In this document: positions 1 to 12,547 of the stretch, one piece after another
Layout of the letters: each line of letters opens with the position of its first letter
Numbering within the stretch: position 1 is the first letter of the stretch
Origin: Toensbergia leucococca
Lineage: Eukaryota
Direction of reading: 5' to 3'
Assembly: GCA_022813965.1 (NCBI GenBank)
Contig: JALDZS010000060.1
Location: 1-64,000, forward strand
DNA length: 64,000 nt
Made by a program: the position numbers and the translations under genes
Notes under the pieces: model-generated
Database searches by the model: none
What the model was told of the DNA's origin: nothing
Seen by the model: only the letters and a program-made list of their open reading frames with translations

Positions 1-1270
1 CTTGTTTCCTTCGTCTTTCGTCCTGTATAGTACTCAGTACATAGATCAAGCCTTATCATAGTTCCTAAACCCCTGATACAGCTGTGCTGTTCTTGCCTAA
101 GCCCAGTTCCTGACAGATAATAAGTATAACACATTATTACTGAGTGAGCACTAAGACTTATAAGTGTTTCATTAAGATTAGAATATTATTATCAGAAAGC
201 TGCTGTAACATTGACAGCTTCTGATTTAGTTTAAAAGGGTTCTTAGATAGTGTCAGTAATATTATGCTCAGCAAGCTCTTTTTCTGTTAAGATCAGGCTC
301 AGAGTCTAGTCATGAGAGTATGATTGATAAGAAGACTAAGACTAAGAAAGAAAAATATTTAAGTAATAGGTATTTATATATAAATACCCTTAGGTGATAA
401 TGTTAGGCTTAATGCCGCTAGGCATGTGTCAATGCTCTTAGGTGTGTTGACGCTTAGTGAGTTAGCTAAGTCATAATATTTTCTGCAGCTGAATCTGTGT
501 GTGTACATGACAGCTAAATAGATACTTAATAAGTATATAAGAAGCATGAATGCATAAGAGATAGTGTAAGTAAAGTGAAGTCAGAGAAGAGGTTTAGTAA
601 TCAGTATTAGAGACTAAGAAGATTTATGAGACTTATTAAGACACAAGAAAATAACTCTGAGCAGAGCTTAAAAAGAAAAGAAGAGACACTCAGAGAGAGA
701 TAAGAATAAAGAATATAATCTAAGTGAGAGCTGTAAGTAAGAAAAAAAGAGTCTTAAATCTCTTCTTTTTCTTCAGAGAGATCTTTTCTCTTAAGTCTTA
801 GGCTTGAACTTAAAGTTTTATGTGATAAGAGAGTCATCAGATAGTGATTCTAACATAAGGTCTGTGACATTTTAAATTTCTAAACAGTAATTAGAAGTTG
901 CTAAGTAGTAACAGTGACTCAAAGATATTTCATCAGAGCAAAGGTGACATCTCTGAGTCAGCGCTGTGACACAGAGAATTTCCTTTCATCATAGAGCGGT
1001 CACTGGGTAAGAGCCGTGACACCTGCAAAGGGGGTCCTGAGTCAGAGGGTCCCCGGGTAAGGCCCGTGACATCAGTTGCCGGGTAGCCGGCGTGACCTGA
1101 AGGATCCCCGGGTACGCACCGCGACATGTGGTCGCCGGGCAGCCGCCGTGACATATGATCGCCGGGTAGCGGGCGTGACGTGGGCAGGAAGGGTCATCAG
1201 GTCCTCAGCTAGTGGGTGCGACATTTCATTTCCCACTCGTCTGAGAAGGGTCACCGGGTACTGCTACAAT
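1..1270. mobile_element. RIP-degraded repeat / probable transposon relic with tandemly repeated terminal region
   Basis: 1-930 is AT-rich, nearly CpG-free, rich in TAAG/CTTA and has no ORF. It grades into a GC-rich array of CCGGGTA..GTGAC motifs (to ~1260) ending in TGCTACA at 1268. Confidence 0.55.
860..1260. repeat. Degenerate tandem repeat (GTGAC core; ~50 bp then ~27 bp period)
   Basis: GTGAC/GCGAC cores near 865, 915, 966, 1016, 1066, 1092, 1122, 1148 and 1175. Example units: GCCGGGCAGCCGCCGTGACATATGATC and GCCGGGTAGCGGGCGTGACGTG. Confidence 0.7.
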
Positions 1271-2309
1271 GGCATGACAAGCATGATTTGACCTCCCACC
1301 AATGAACCGTCGATAAGTCTTTCAACACGTCTCCTTTTCAATTCTTCACCTCCTCCGGTAGCTCCCATCTCATGGTGGTAGAGCCTGGCGGAGGATTCTA
1401 GGGTAGAGCCGGCGAGCTATGAACATAAGAGGAAGGAATGGAGGAGACAAAGCGATGAGAAAAAGCAATAGAATCACACACAAACTTGAATGGATCCCTG
1501 GTACCCAAATTGAATCCACCATGGATCCTCCAGTTACGATTCCGCCTAAATGGCATGGAGAGATGGAGCGACCGAATTGCCTACAAAATTGCATGATTCC
1601 CTGGCGATAAACCATGCAAATCCGAGCTACTAAGGTAGGCCGATATTTGGTGGAGATAATGCAACGAATCTACCTACAAAATTCGATAAGTCTCTAGGCA
1701 CGAAAAGCACAATTTTCGAGTATGATTATGAGCTCCTGAGTTGCCTCCGAGTTGCATGGGGATAAGACAAGGCATTCGTATACGAAATGACATGATTCCC
1801 TGGCGATTCGCATGTAGGCAAAGCCATGCGATTCAGAATCATGATAATACCCTACCTAGTGATTTGCGACTGATTCGCTTGCTAAATTGCATGACTCCCC
1901 GGCCAACACCTAACAGGCCATATCACTCGATTCATAGCTATGCAAAACCAGCTACCTCTCGTAGAGAATGATGACCGAGCTGCATGCAAAATGGGATGGA
2001 TTTCCGATACTCAGGATCGTCCATCAGTCGCATGCCTCATCACGTCAGTTGTGGAGCTCCCCTCTGGGTTTTTTCCGTGCTCTACACTCAACGTCCAAAG
2101 TTCACATTCTCTAAAAGATGAAAGTCTTAGTACAATGTTAGGAACAGGCTCGGAGTCACGTCGTCTATGTATGAAAGATCAGAGACTCAGGCGAAGAAGG
2201 AAAGGTAAAGGTAGTAAGATGTTCATATAGAAATACCCCCAATGTCCTAGATCGGGTGTTGTAGCTTACCAAGCCACCCGAATCCGTAACACACACTCAT
2301 TGTCTAAAT

Positions 2310-2954
2310 CTATAAAACCCTAGCGGTGACATCACTCAAACCCCTCGGCCCACTAGCCCCCCTCTTGATCAGCGTCTCCCACTTCTCTCCGCCCTTGACT
2401 CTCCGCACCAAGTCTTCAGGATCAAAATCCACCCCGATCGGATTCTGCTCAAACTCCTTGCTACCCATATAGTCCGTCGCTTCCTGCACTGTCGCAAAGT
2501 TGTCCACCTGCGTCTCGAGCTGATTGCCGTCGGGGTCGGTGTAGTACATGCTCGTCGTGGGCCCGTGGTTGACGCACCAGGTGGGAAACATGTTGTGGGC
2601 TTTCCGCTGAATGTAGGCGGTTATAAAGTCGAGAAAGGAGTCGTATCCAAACGCGATATGATGGAGGCCTGTGGGGACTGAGATGGGTTTTGTGGGGGTC
2701 GGAGGGATCTCTTCGGAAGGGGGTTGTTCTGCTTTGGTGGCGGGGTCGGATTCAGTGGCGCAGGCGATGAGGGCGATGCGATGGTGCTCGGTGTCATAGG
2801 TCATGAAGGCTATGAAGTCATTGGCGTAGACGACGTGGCCGCCTAGGAAGGTGGTGTAGAAGGAGAGCATTTTTGAGAAGGAGGAAGGTGTCGTGCGAAG
2901 GACGACGTGGCAAAGAGCTTTGGGGGAGAGGACAATGGGAAGGTCATCGGCCAT
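2310..2954 (-). CDS. VOC/glyoxalase-family protein (extradiol dioxygenase/BphC-like), single exon
   Basis: 214 aa with LCHVVLRT, YDTEHHRIAL, GLHHIAF and NHGPTTSMYYTDPDGNQLETQVD motifs. Confidence 0.88.
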   Translation of the reverse strand: MADDLPIVLSPKALCHVVLRTTPSSFSKMLSFYTTFLGGHVVYANDFIAFMTYDTEHHRIALIACATESDPATKAEQPPSEEIPPTPTKPISVPTGLHHIAFGYDSFLDFITAYIQRKAHNMFPTWCVNHGPTTSMYYTDPDGNQLETQVDNFATVQEATDYMGSKEFEQNPIGVDFDPEDLVRRVKGGEKWETLIKRGASGPRGLSDVTARVL

Positions 2955-3580
2955 CTTGTTTGAATGAATAGGTGGAGTGTTCTGAGAGTGTTGGGTGGTG
3001 GAAGACTGGTGAAGTTTGTGGTCTGCGGGCGGATGGGTTCCAATTTGTACTCAACGCAGCTGGCTTGGGATGACTACCCCGCATCGTGAAACAGCTGTGT
3101 AACACAGCAGGATCAGCAGATTTTCAATGTCAAAGGATGAAGGATTGCAGCATTGTCGTGAGATTCAGCTTTGCAATAAGGCCTCGCGGAATCAGCGTTG
3201 GACTTTTTCGAGCAAGGGCTTGTCACAAATAAGAACGAGGATATTAAGTCTGCCGTAGCTGCGGGCACTACGAGTGGCAAGAGCGGCAGAGGTCAGATAA
3301 GTACGAGGTACGATACGCTTGTCAGGTAGAATAGCGGGCGGGGGTGTTTGGACCCTTAGACCGACACACAGTCGATCTTCTTCTATTCCCAGCGCGGGCT
3401 AGGGTAAGCGTACAAGGTCAAAAGTAGATGCCGCTCTTAGCGCTTCTAGGTATGTGAGTAGATTGCATGATCGTCGGTTTTAGGAGGCAGATGTTGTCTA
3501 TTCCCGAAAGTGCCGCCTACTTGGTGGTCTCAAACATTGTATGTAGTTGTTCAGAAGTAAATAGTCATGACAAGATAGCA

Positions 3581-4300
3581 TCAAAAGCCCTCGGCTGACT
3601 CGCTGTCCGTTCTCATGAGACCCGCCTGTACACTCCTAGCTTGGATCCCGGCTTGATCCTCGAAGGTTTCAACGTTGTGATCGAATTTACCATTGTCCTC
3701 AAGGATCAACGTCAGGAAGTCAAAGTAATTGATCGTTGAAGAAGCCGCCGCTCTCATATGCACTCGTCCCGGGACTGACCAGGAGCTTGAACACAAGTCC
3801 ATGTTGTCTGCAATACCCACGATCCTACTCATGAGGATGCAGGTATTTTGTACCCGATCTTTCCTTTCATAGAATGAGAGACCGTCGATGATGAAGAAGA
3901 GAGCGGCAGACGCTGGAATCTGATCTGCCATGCCTTCAAAGAGGTCGCATAGAGCGTCTAGATTACCATCTTCAAGCGCCCGAATGAATTTGCGGGGAAC
4001 GAATTCCATGTCAAAGTCGTATCATGTAAATGCTAGCAGCGGTGTTATAAAGCTTCGTATCATTCCTCCTGCGTCACTGATATTGTCCCAGTAGCGGTCT
4101 GTGTGCAGTCCGTGGTAAAAGGAAAAAGATACGGCCTCCTTGCCAGCTTCAAGAGACTGGGCTAAAAGACTCGCAACGAACGAAAGAGGCGAGATTCTTC
4201 GATCGCCTGAGCTTCCCAAGGCAAGCAGGTTACAAGAATACGGCAATATAAGGCAGTGGTGCAGCTTTTGAGCCCCCATGAACTCACCGACCTGTGTCTA
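3581..4300 (-). pseudogene. Pseudogene of a NACHT-associated (NPHP3 N-terminal-like / STAND) protein
   Basis: ORFs 4022-4279 and 3581-4009 are in frame and split by TGA at 4022-4024 (LLAFT*YDFDMEF). Motifs ISPLSFVASLLAQSL, GMIRSFI and Walker-B-like FFIIDGLSFYE. Confidence 0.6.
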
Positions 4301-6790
4301 GAGCCAGGCAGAGAATCGTTGAGTATTTCGCAAGACTTCATCCGTATCTTGAGGGACGAAGTCGGGACTGGTACCCATCAGCTGAGTTAAGTGTGATTCA
4401 CTTGATAGGGCTATGCCCCGTTGGGCTAGGTCTAGGTTTCCAGTCCTGTCCCACACATCCTACAGGTGAGGATGAGATTTGGGTGAAAGGGTTCGGCCAC
4501 ATTTGATTAGTCTACGAAACACCATTGATAATGCTTGCTGAGCCGGCCCTCGGGTCTCATAGACTAAATAGATACAACAGAAGTTAGGTTCTCACCTTTG
4601 AACACGTAAGACGGACCGTCTGCAAAGGTCTTCTTCTCACTGAACCACCTTTGATAACACTTGTCGTAAAGCAAATACGTTATGAGCCGAGGGCCTTTGA
4701 TGAAAGTTGAGCCCTTGATATTGAGCGGCCTGTGAAAGATATTGGAAGAAGGGAGGCACAGACGAGGCAGAATGTAAAGAAGAGTACATTGAGGCGGACT
4801 GAGTGGGTTTCAATCGACTTGCAGCCATTGACAGGAGTCCGTCCAGTGAACAGCGAAAGTCATAGTCAAATAATTGGAAAACGTATCCATCAGCAGCAAG
4901 AATGATTACCAGCATCATTTCATGAGCTCTGCATTTACCTTTCACTTGTACTGAAAAGGAAAATAATCAACCAAAATGGCCTTGTTACGATTGGCTACCG
5001 AAATACTATAAGACATTCGGTAGCAGATAATAGAAAATGGGACTGAGGGGAGGACTGTTTGCTTTTATAATGGGTACATGCATCGACAAGCGTATTCACA
5101 CGAATGTGCACAAACACTTCGTAAAGACAGAGATGGAAGGAATGCTCGCTTCTGAGGCTGTGTCACACCTTATCGATAATACCAATTTTTGATGTTTTGA
5201 CAATCATCTAGGATGATATCAATTTGTTCAGTAGTTTGCTTCAAGACCAAGCCAAACGGAGATGTATTCAGTTTGCTCGGACGAGTTGCTCTGTCTCATA
5301 CATCTGTGGTCGTGGAACAAGAGTTTTTTTATTTTCACCAAGATTTTCGAGGCAGAGGAACCCGTCAGAATCACTGTCAATTGGGGATGGTGGATACAGA
5401 GATTTCGAGACAGCGAAGAAAGACTGACAAAGATATCATTGGGGAGCCTGTCGACCGTAACGGACTTAGCTCTTTATGGCTAGAAGAATATGCACCCGGA
5501 ACATGCGTACTCTGAGCCTCGCATACGTAGTTCTCTGAATGGCTTAGCCAAGTTTTTGAGAGCACTAGGTATGCATCACACTAAAAGCTGAAGTCTGCTA
5601 TTCCGTTCCTAAAGAATCAAAACGGGACAATTAAGCCCAATTCTCAGGTCAGTAGTCCTGATCAGAAGGTCAACATGGAAGCCAGTAAGTATCTCTCTAT
5701 GTCTATGCATTTCGAATAGCTACCTTGGTGATTTTCGGAGGATGTGACACGACGGGAAGGAGGAAGCGCAGAGACTTGAAGGAAGGCAAAGCATGAAAAC
5801 CTAAACCCGGCGCCCTGCTGTGTTGAAACAAACGGCGAAGTCCGAGGCTTATTTGGCTGGCTCGCCTGGCTTGCCGATCATCAGAAGAGTCGACAGCGTG
5901 GATGGCATGATCAAAAATGGCCGACTGCAGTTGAGGACATGATAGAGACTACGAATACACTTGATGTGTTCATCGTAAAAGAAAGGTAGCTTGGTGGTAT
6001 TCTAATCCATTGAAGCTTCGGGTTAAAACTTGAAGAAAGGGGAGAGGAGAGAGGTTGGAGGTTGGGGTCACCTAGGCTGTAAGGCTGTAAGGCTGAAGAA
6101 AGCGGAAATTCAAGCTCGGGGCTATGCTTCTCCTTCTCCGTCTCCCGGGGCTACACCGGCTCTACCCGGCTATACCTACCTACTCCTCCTTCTCCTCCTT
6201 CTCGTGGCCTCTCACAAGCCTCAGCCTCCCAGCCTACCTTAGTCTCAAAGACCACTTCACTCGCCATGCTCCACTCTCCATACTCCACTCTCCACTCTTA
6301 GCTCCTAGTCACCAAGTCAACCTTACAAGGCCGATCCTCAAAACCGTCAACGAACCCCCTCTGCTGCCTGACAACGAGCATCTGTCATTTGTTACCTGAT
6401 ACAGCTTCATCCGAATCCAATGCCTGCGATCCTTGCCTATCAGATGAGCCTGGGGCATTCCAACGGAGCCGTGCCCGCGGCCACCAACACACGTGAATTA
6501 AGAAGCTCGCTCAAGGTTCAACACAAGGTTCAACACCTCAAGAGTGTGCCCAACATAAATGTCTTCCGTCTTTCTAGCGCCCTCTTATACTCTACTAAGC
6601 CATGCAATCACAAGCATCTGGGCAATGCTCAAAATCACCCCCGTTCTAAACCTCAAATATCTTGACCACAATGTCGTTCAGTCCCCACTCAGGCCACGGT
6701 TTCTTTCAAATTCTCTGCACCCTGCTCGGCAAGATTCTTGGATGCATTGACTCGATTCTGTTGCTCTGCGTATACTTCGAAAGCCATTTC

Positions 6791-9113
6791 ATGACCATGG
6801 CTGACGTACCGGAGTCCAATGTGAGAGCCAAAGTCACAGAAAGTCGCAAAACCTCGATTCAGCGAAGTCGGCATATATCAAGAAGACCTGCCAGCACCAG
6901 CGTACAAGATCAGCAAAGTCCTTTGCATCAATTGAGTCCGTTGCCAAAAGAGTCCTTCGCCCAGAACCCTACGATGCTTTGGGAAACTTTTGCGAACTCT
7001 TCACTATATAGCAATCCAGCCGCTACGACCAACATCTTGACCAGCTGGAAAGATTTTGACATGCCAGCTGAGCTCGGTCTTGTGCCCCCGGGTATACCTA
7101 GTGAGCTACGCAACATCGTAAAGGAATCTATAGACCAACATCAAGCCTTGCAAATTTCCAAATTGGATGCTGTTGCATTCGAGCCATGTCAGGACAGTTT
7201 GGCTCTGGAACACATCATATCTAGCGGCCAGGACAAGCGTCTCAAACGTCGCAACTCTCTCGTTGCCTCCCACCAACGTGCCCCATCGAGTAATTCGACT
7301 TGCACAACAAAGTCTCCCAGTTCGAGCAATCGATCAAGCACTGTCTACCAGCCAATTGGATCTACGACGACCTTAGCTTCCATGTCTAGTGTAGCTGGCT
7401 ATGGTGCTCGAATCTATCCTGCTCCCACGGAAATGGGCTCCCAAGAAAGCCTGAAATCGACAGCAAATCTAGCGTCTCTGAAAGCACCGACATCCAAAGA
7501 CAGACTCTTCAAGGACTATAAGCTGCTCGATTTGTTTCGGCACGACCGCAAGGGCAAAGGGCATGATCTTTCTAAGCCTTTGATCGTCACCAAAACCGAA
7601 AATGAGACTAAACCGATCGAATGCATAGCTTGCTTTGATGAAATACCGGCCAAGAGAGCTATAGAATTACCTTGCCGTTGCCACTACTGCTCTTCATGTT
7701 TCCAAAAGCTGGTTAGAACTGCAATGCAAAGCGAAGGTACTTTCCCTCCAAGATGCTGTCTTCAAGAAATTCCCAAGAACATCCTACGCTCGCGTTTGTC
7801 GCCTCAAGCATTTGAAAAATACATCTTAAAGGCTTCCGAATTTGCTGTCCCTGCCAGCCAACGCTGGTATTGCACATCGCCAAAATGTGGTAAATGGATC
7901 AACACCAAAAAAGCTCAAACAACAGCTGATAGATTACGGTGCTGTCACTGCAACTACGATATGTGTATTCACTGCCGTGGGCGTCATCACGGCAAGAGTC
8001 AAGATTGTCCCCAGGATCAAGGACTCGATGCAACATTAACGGAGGCTCGAAGAGAGGGCTGGCAAAGATGCTATAGCTGTAGAGCCATGGTGGAGCTCGC
8101 CACTGGATGTATACATATTACCTGCAAATGCAAAGCACAATTCTGGTTCGTTGACTCTTATGCTGATGAGGATTTGGCTGACTTGGTACAGCTACGTTTG
8201 TGCCCTCAAATGGAGGACTTGTTCTTGTACCGAGGAGGATTATATCAGAACGCAAACCCAAATTCGCCAGAGTCGTGAATTAGCCAATACCGTTGCTGAA
8301 GTCGAAGCCGCTGAGGTTAGAGCAGCGATTGAAGCTGTTGACGCTGCGACACGCGAAGAAACAGTACGTCGGCGCCAAGAGGAAGCAGAGCGCCAGGCCA
8401 AGGAATTAAGAGACCTACAAGCGAGGGAAGACAGTCGACTAAGCGGCGTTGCTGCTTGGTCTAGATATCTATCTCAAAACTTGGAACAATTGCATACAGC
8501 ACAGCGAGCGGCAATAGCCGACCGCCATGGCTTGGGATTTGAACAGCTACGGAAGATGAAAGTTGACATGATGATGCTTGAACAGGACTTCAAGAATACG
8601 GCAGTAACACAAAAAGCTCGGATGATTGACTCTCATGAGAGAAAGACTCAAGGGCTTCGAAACACTCATGCAAACGAGATCATTACGACATTCACAAGGC
8701 ATATGGAGGATCGTGGGCATCTTATGTCAAAGATTCAAGATTCTACCAACCGCGAAACCAGTATATTTACGCTTGTATCTCTACTTGAACAGCTTACGGA
8801 AGCGCAAGAGCAGGAAAGGGCTGTACAAAAGACACATCAGGCGCAAGATTTGGCAAAAAGGAACAGGCGGAACGCTTCAGAGCTAGCAGACCTTGACATG
8901 AAACTTAGAACACCGCAAATGCAAATGGAGGAGAAGCAGAAGGAACTCTTGCGGCGTACGCATGTCAATGAGAAACAGATATATGCGGACTGGAAATGGT
9001 ATAACTTTCTAAAATCGGAGCGAAAAGCTATGCTTGAAGAAGACGAGCGTCGCCTTACCCAATCCGGTGGCGATGCTCCGAGTATTCCAAAAGTCTCTCC
9101 ATCGACAGGCTGA
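6791..9113 (+). CDS. RBR (RING-IBR-RING) E3 ubiquitin ligase with C-terminal coiled coil
   Basis: RING1 CIACFD..PCRCHYCSSC..FPPRCC, IBR WYCTSPKC..CIHC, RING2 WQRCYSC..GCIHITCKC. Intron 8146-8191 restores FCYVCALKW. Start uncertain (6671/6791/6797). Confidence 0.88.
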
Positions 9114-11214
9114 GAGGACCTCGGCCAAGACGAAGATGATTTGAATGAACAAGCTTCATTGCCTGCGGGTAGAAAGCAGTGAACACAGGGAACATTGACC
9201 TGACCGTCCCGCCCTCGGAAGTGGCAGGCTATGTCACGAGTTTTGGCATTTGCTGACGTGCTTCAAGCCCTTATCATGTCTAGTGAAACTATTTTACATC
9301 CGGATCATTGGTATTTTTTCATTTCAATGATCATAGATTGTCATCAAGTGTCTAATACGAAATCAGACATGCGGAGCCCACGAATTAGGAAATAAGGAGA
9401 CGGCTTCTAAAAAGACTAGGTATTAGACTTAATCTAAGACTCTCACATCTTTACGTCAGAAGGTCAACGTGAGAAGGTAAACGAAGTGATGTCTCTGTTT
9501 CTCAGACCTCATCTGAGATTTTGCATGTCCATACAACTTGCTCTTATGACATTGCGTCCTCCCCGTTATTTGATGAGAAGCAATATCTGAGCAACGTTGT
9601 ACCCGTTGATGATGGAGTTCCGAGGTAGTGCATCCCATCCCTCTCCCTTTCGTGACTGCCCCAGAAGACGTTCAGTTTGAAATCATCTCAAGCGCATGGA
9701 TTATTCATGGAACTTACTGTAAGTTCATATTGTCAATCTCGTTATTTGAAACGATGTGTGGTTATGCCTTCATCAAGTCAAGTTCAGTTTGGCCTCCTGA
9801 ATTCCCATCTCTATGTTTTACAATCGCGAGCTTCTTGACGTAAGTATTGACTTGTGTATTATCATGGCAAGCATCCACCGAACAACGAGATGCCTTAAAG
9901 TGAACAAGAACAGAAAATAGTGACACTCTACGCCTGTACTTAATGACATGATTTATTCAATCTGTGTAGCACGATAGGTTAGATGCGCAGTAGATACCCT
10001 CGTTGATAATAGGGGTTCTAATGATCACCTCAGTATACAGTGATCCGGAATACTCCGGTGATCTGACTTGACTCAAATAGGAAGCTCCGAGGTGGTAGGA
10101 AAGGAATGCCCGAATTGGGGCTCAGTGATGAGCTAGAATTTACTCATATACACGGCCTGCATTCCCATAATCTTTTAGTCCTCAGCAATCAAAAGTCTTA
10201 TAACCAATATTTCATACAACCATGGCAGTGACAGGGTACGAAGCCAGTCAATGAAATGTCATAGAAGTATGTAAAGAGCTTAAAATTGTTAGAAAGATAG
10301 CTGCTAAGGCATTGCTTGGTTGCGTGGGAAGGAAGTAGATGAGGAGGTAAGGAGGTAAGGTACCAGACTTTCTGCTAGTTTCTGCTAGCTTCTTCCAATT
10401 TCCGCGCTAGTCCAGAATCATACAGGAGAGGCGTTACCTTAAGCTATCGTTCGTAGATTCAACCTAATGATGCAATTCACAGGAGTTGGAAGTTAATGAT
10501 TGTCACAGTTTTTACCCTGGGATGGCGCGCCGGGTACTTATAGCACATCCTGACCCCTCCCTTAGCCATCTGCGAAGAAACTGACATATGCAACCTTGAT
10601 GTTGATTGGATCTTCGGAAGCTCAATGAGACCACAGCACAATTAGCAGTGAGATTGACCAATTTACCTGCATCAACCGGGAACTCCCTAGACAGAGGTCC
10701 AGAGTCCCAAAATCTCAATCAGGATCCAGTTCAGCGACCCACAGGCTTAGCTCTACCAGTACTTCTAATACTCCAAATTGGATACTCGATATTCGTTAAT
10801 CGATACTCGATACTCGACAATTCAATCCTCGATACTCGAGCTGACCCTACCCCATCTCTGCCTCATCTTGCCTTTACTTTTCTGAGCCATCGATGGTACC
10901 GTCTATCGATTATCGTCTCGCTTGGACAGTGGACAAGGCCAATTCTACACGCACAGTCACTGGCTCCGCCTTCGTCATCGCCAGAAAGAAGCTTACCTAC
11001 TACACTCAAATCTAAATCCCAGTTATCCTAACGAGACTCGTCAGCCCGGCAAACCGCCACCCATAATATCAACATAAGTCTGAAGCTCTCTTTCGTTACC
11101 CCGCACCTAAGCAGCTCAAGATTGACGTTTTATTTCCTCACTTACTCTACGCTTGCATCAAACGCTTTTTCAAACTTTCCGCGTTTGAAAACCTCTAGAC
11201 ATTCTACATTCAAA

Positions 11215-12547
11215 ATGCAAAGCTACCTAAAGATACCACGACAGCCTCTGTGGGAATTCAATAAAGTAAGACCAGAACTCTTCAAAGTTGTTATCGACCT
11301 GCGCCCACGAAGAGAACCTGAGCGATCTGAACCTCCAGCGCAACGTCCTGGCCCAAGCTTGTCCGCATTACGGTCTCATCAACCACCCCCACCCCCACAG
11401 GAGACGCAAGATGTCCCTGAATTATTTGTAGGTCTACTCGTTCGAGCTTAATTTCTTCTACTAATACTTGAGTCAGAAAAAAGAGAATCAAAGACCTGGC
11501 TCTTTTCAGGACAAAAATATTCACAATTTCGGAGACGAGCACATTGAAGACGGCAGATACAACTACTTTGGGGGCCCAATTCTAGATAAATCTAATCTAC
11601 AATGGAATCAAACATACTACACGAGAGCATGCGGAGACGTTATTGGATATCCCGGAGCGTTACCTTCGAGCATGGGCACATTTGTGAAGGCTGTTTGTGC
11701 AATGTCGGGGAAGTACATGACACAGTCTGGGCTTTGGGTAGGACCCCGACTCCTTCTATCAACCCTACATATACATACTTTCGTTCAAGGAATCCCCTCA
11801 CGGGGCGAGTGCGAATTAATACGACAGTCGGGTCAAACGTTTGATGTTGAGAGTGAGATCAGCTCCCAGGTTTTATCAACACACTCCCCGAAAGTTCAAT
11901 TACTCGACTTTAGCGCCGAAGATGACATCGGCATATTCAGATTACAAGATAGTTTTACGCCTCGAGAAAACTTTGTAGATCCTGAATGGTTGATGGAGAG
12001 AAACGAAGTATACAACAATCATTTACCGCCGGGCAGCAATGTAGGCTGCTTGGGTTACAACTCAAGAATCAGCGATGATGACAAGAGAAGGGTCACGGAA
12101 ATAGCTGCAAGTAAACTGCAACTCGAATTGCATCAATTCGCAGCCATGGTACGCTTTTATCGAAATCCATACGACTAACAAGCACTAACAATCAAGCAGG
12201 CTGCGCCGATCAATTTAGACCTTGTTGCGAAACCGGAGATGAAGTCATTTGCGCCAGGGACTCTCGATAAGGGGAATGCGAATGCGAATCGCACATTATT
12301 TGGCGTAAGTGCGTCGTTGTGGAAAGGTTCTAGTGGAGGCCCTTGTGTTATGCTAGATGGAGCAACACCCGGCGCCATCATCGGGCTAGGTGAGAATTCT
12401 TTCTTGCCTCTAGATTGAAGGTTTGTAAAGCGATTTCACTAATTAATGTTCTTGTACTTAGTACGCGGATATGAGCTTCTTACAGATCCTTACAACCTTG
12501 TCAATGGGTTTCCTGACGGACTGAGGTCAGTAATCAGAGCGTTATAG
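11215..12547 (+). CDS. Trypsin-like (Trypsin_2-type) serine peptidase, no signal peptide
   Basis: Introns 11428-11476, 12149-12199 and 12390-12461 join in frame. Triad-like motifs LLLSTLH (H), EDDIGIF (D) and WKGSSGGPCV (S). Confidence 0.72.

Noticed and set aside
860..1260. CRISPR-like appearance of spaced repeats
   Set aside because: Units are degenerate with no unique spacers, there are no cas genes, and the context is eukaryotic.
2310..2954. Horizontal transfer of the intronless VOC gene
   Set aside because: The family is common in fungi and the sequence alone gives no support without a phylogeny.
5213..5565. Overlapping short ORFs
   Set aside because: No family could be assigned and no consistent splice model was found.
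10780..10840. GATACTC heptamer repeats in ORF 10606-11031
   Set aside because: Short simple repeat; the ORF has no recognisable features.
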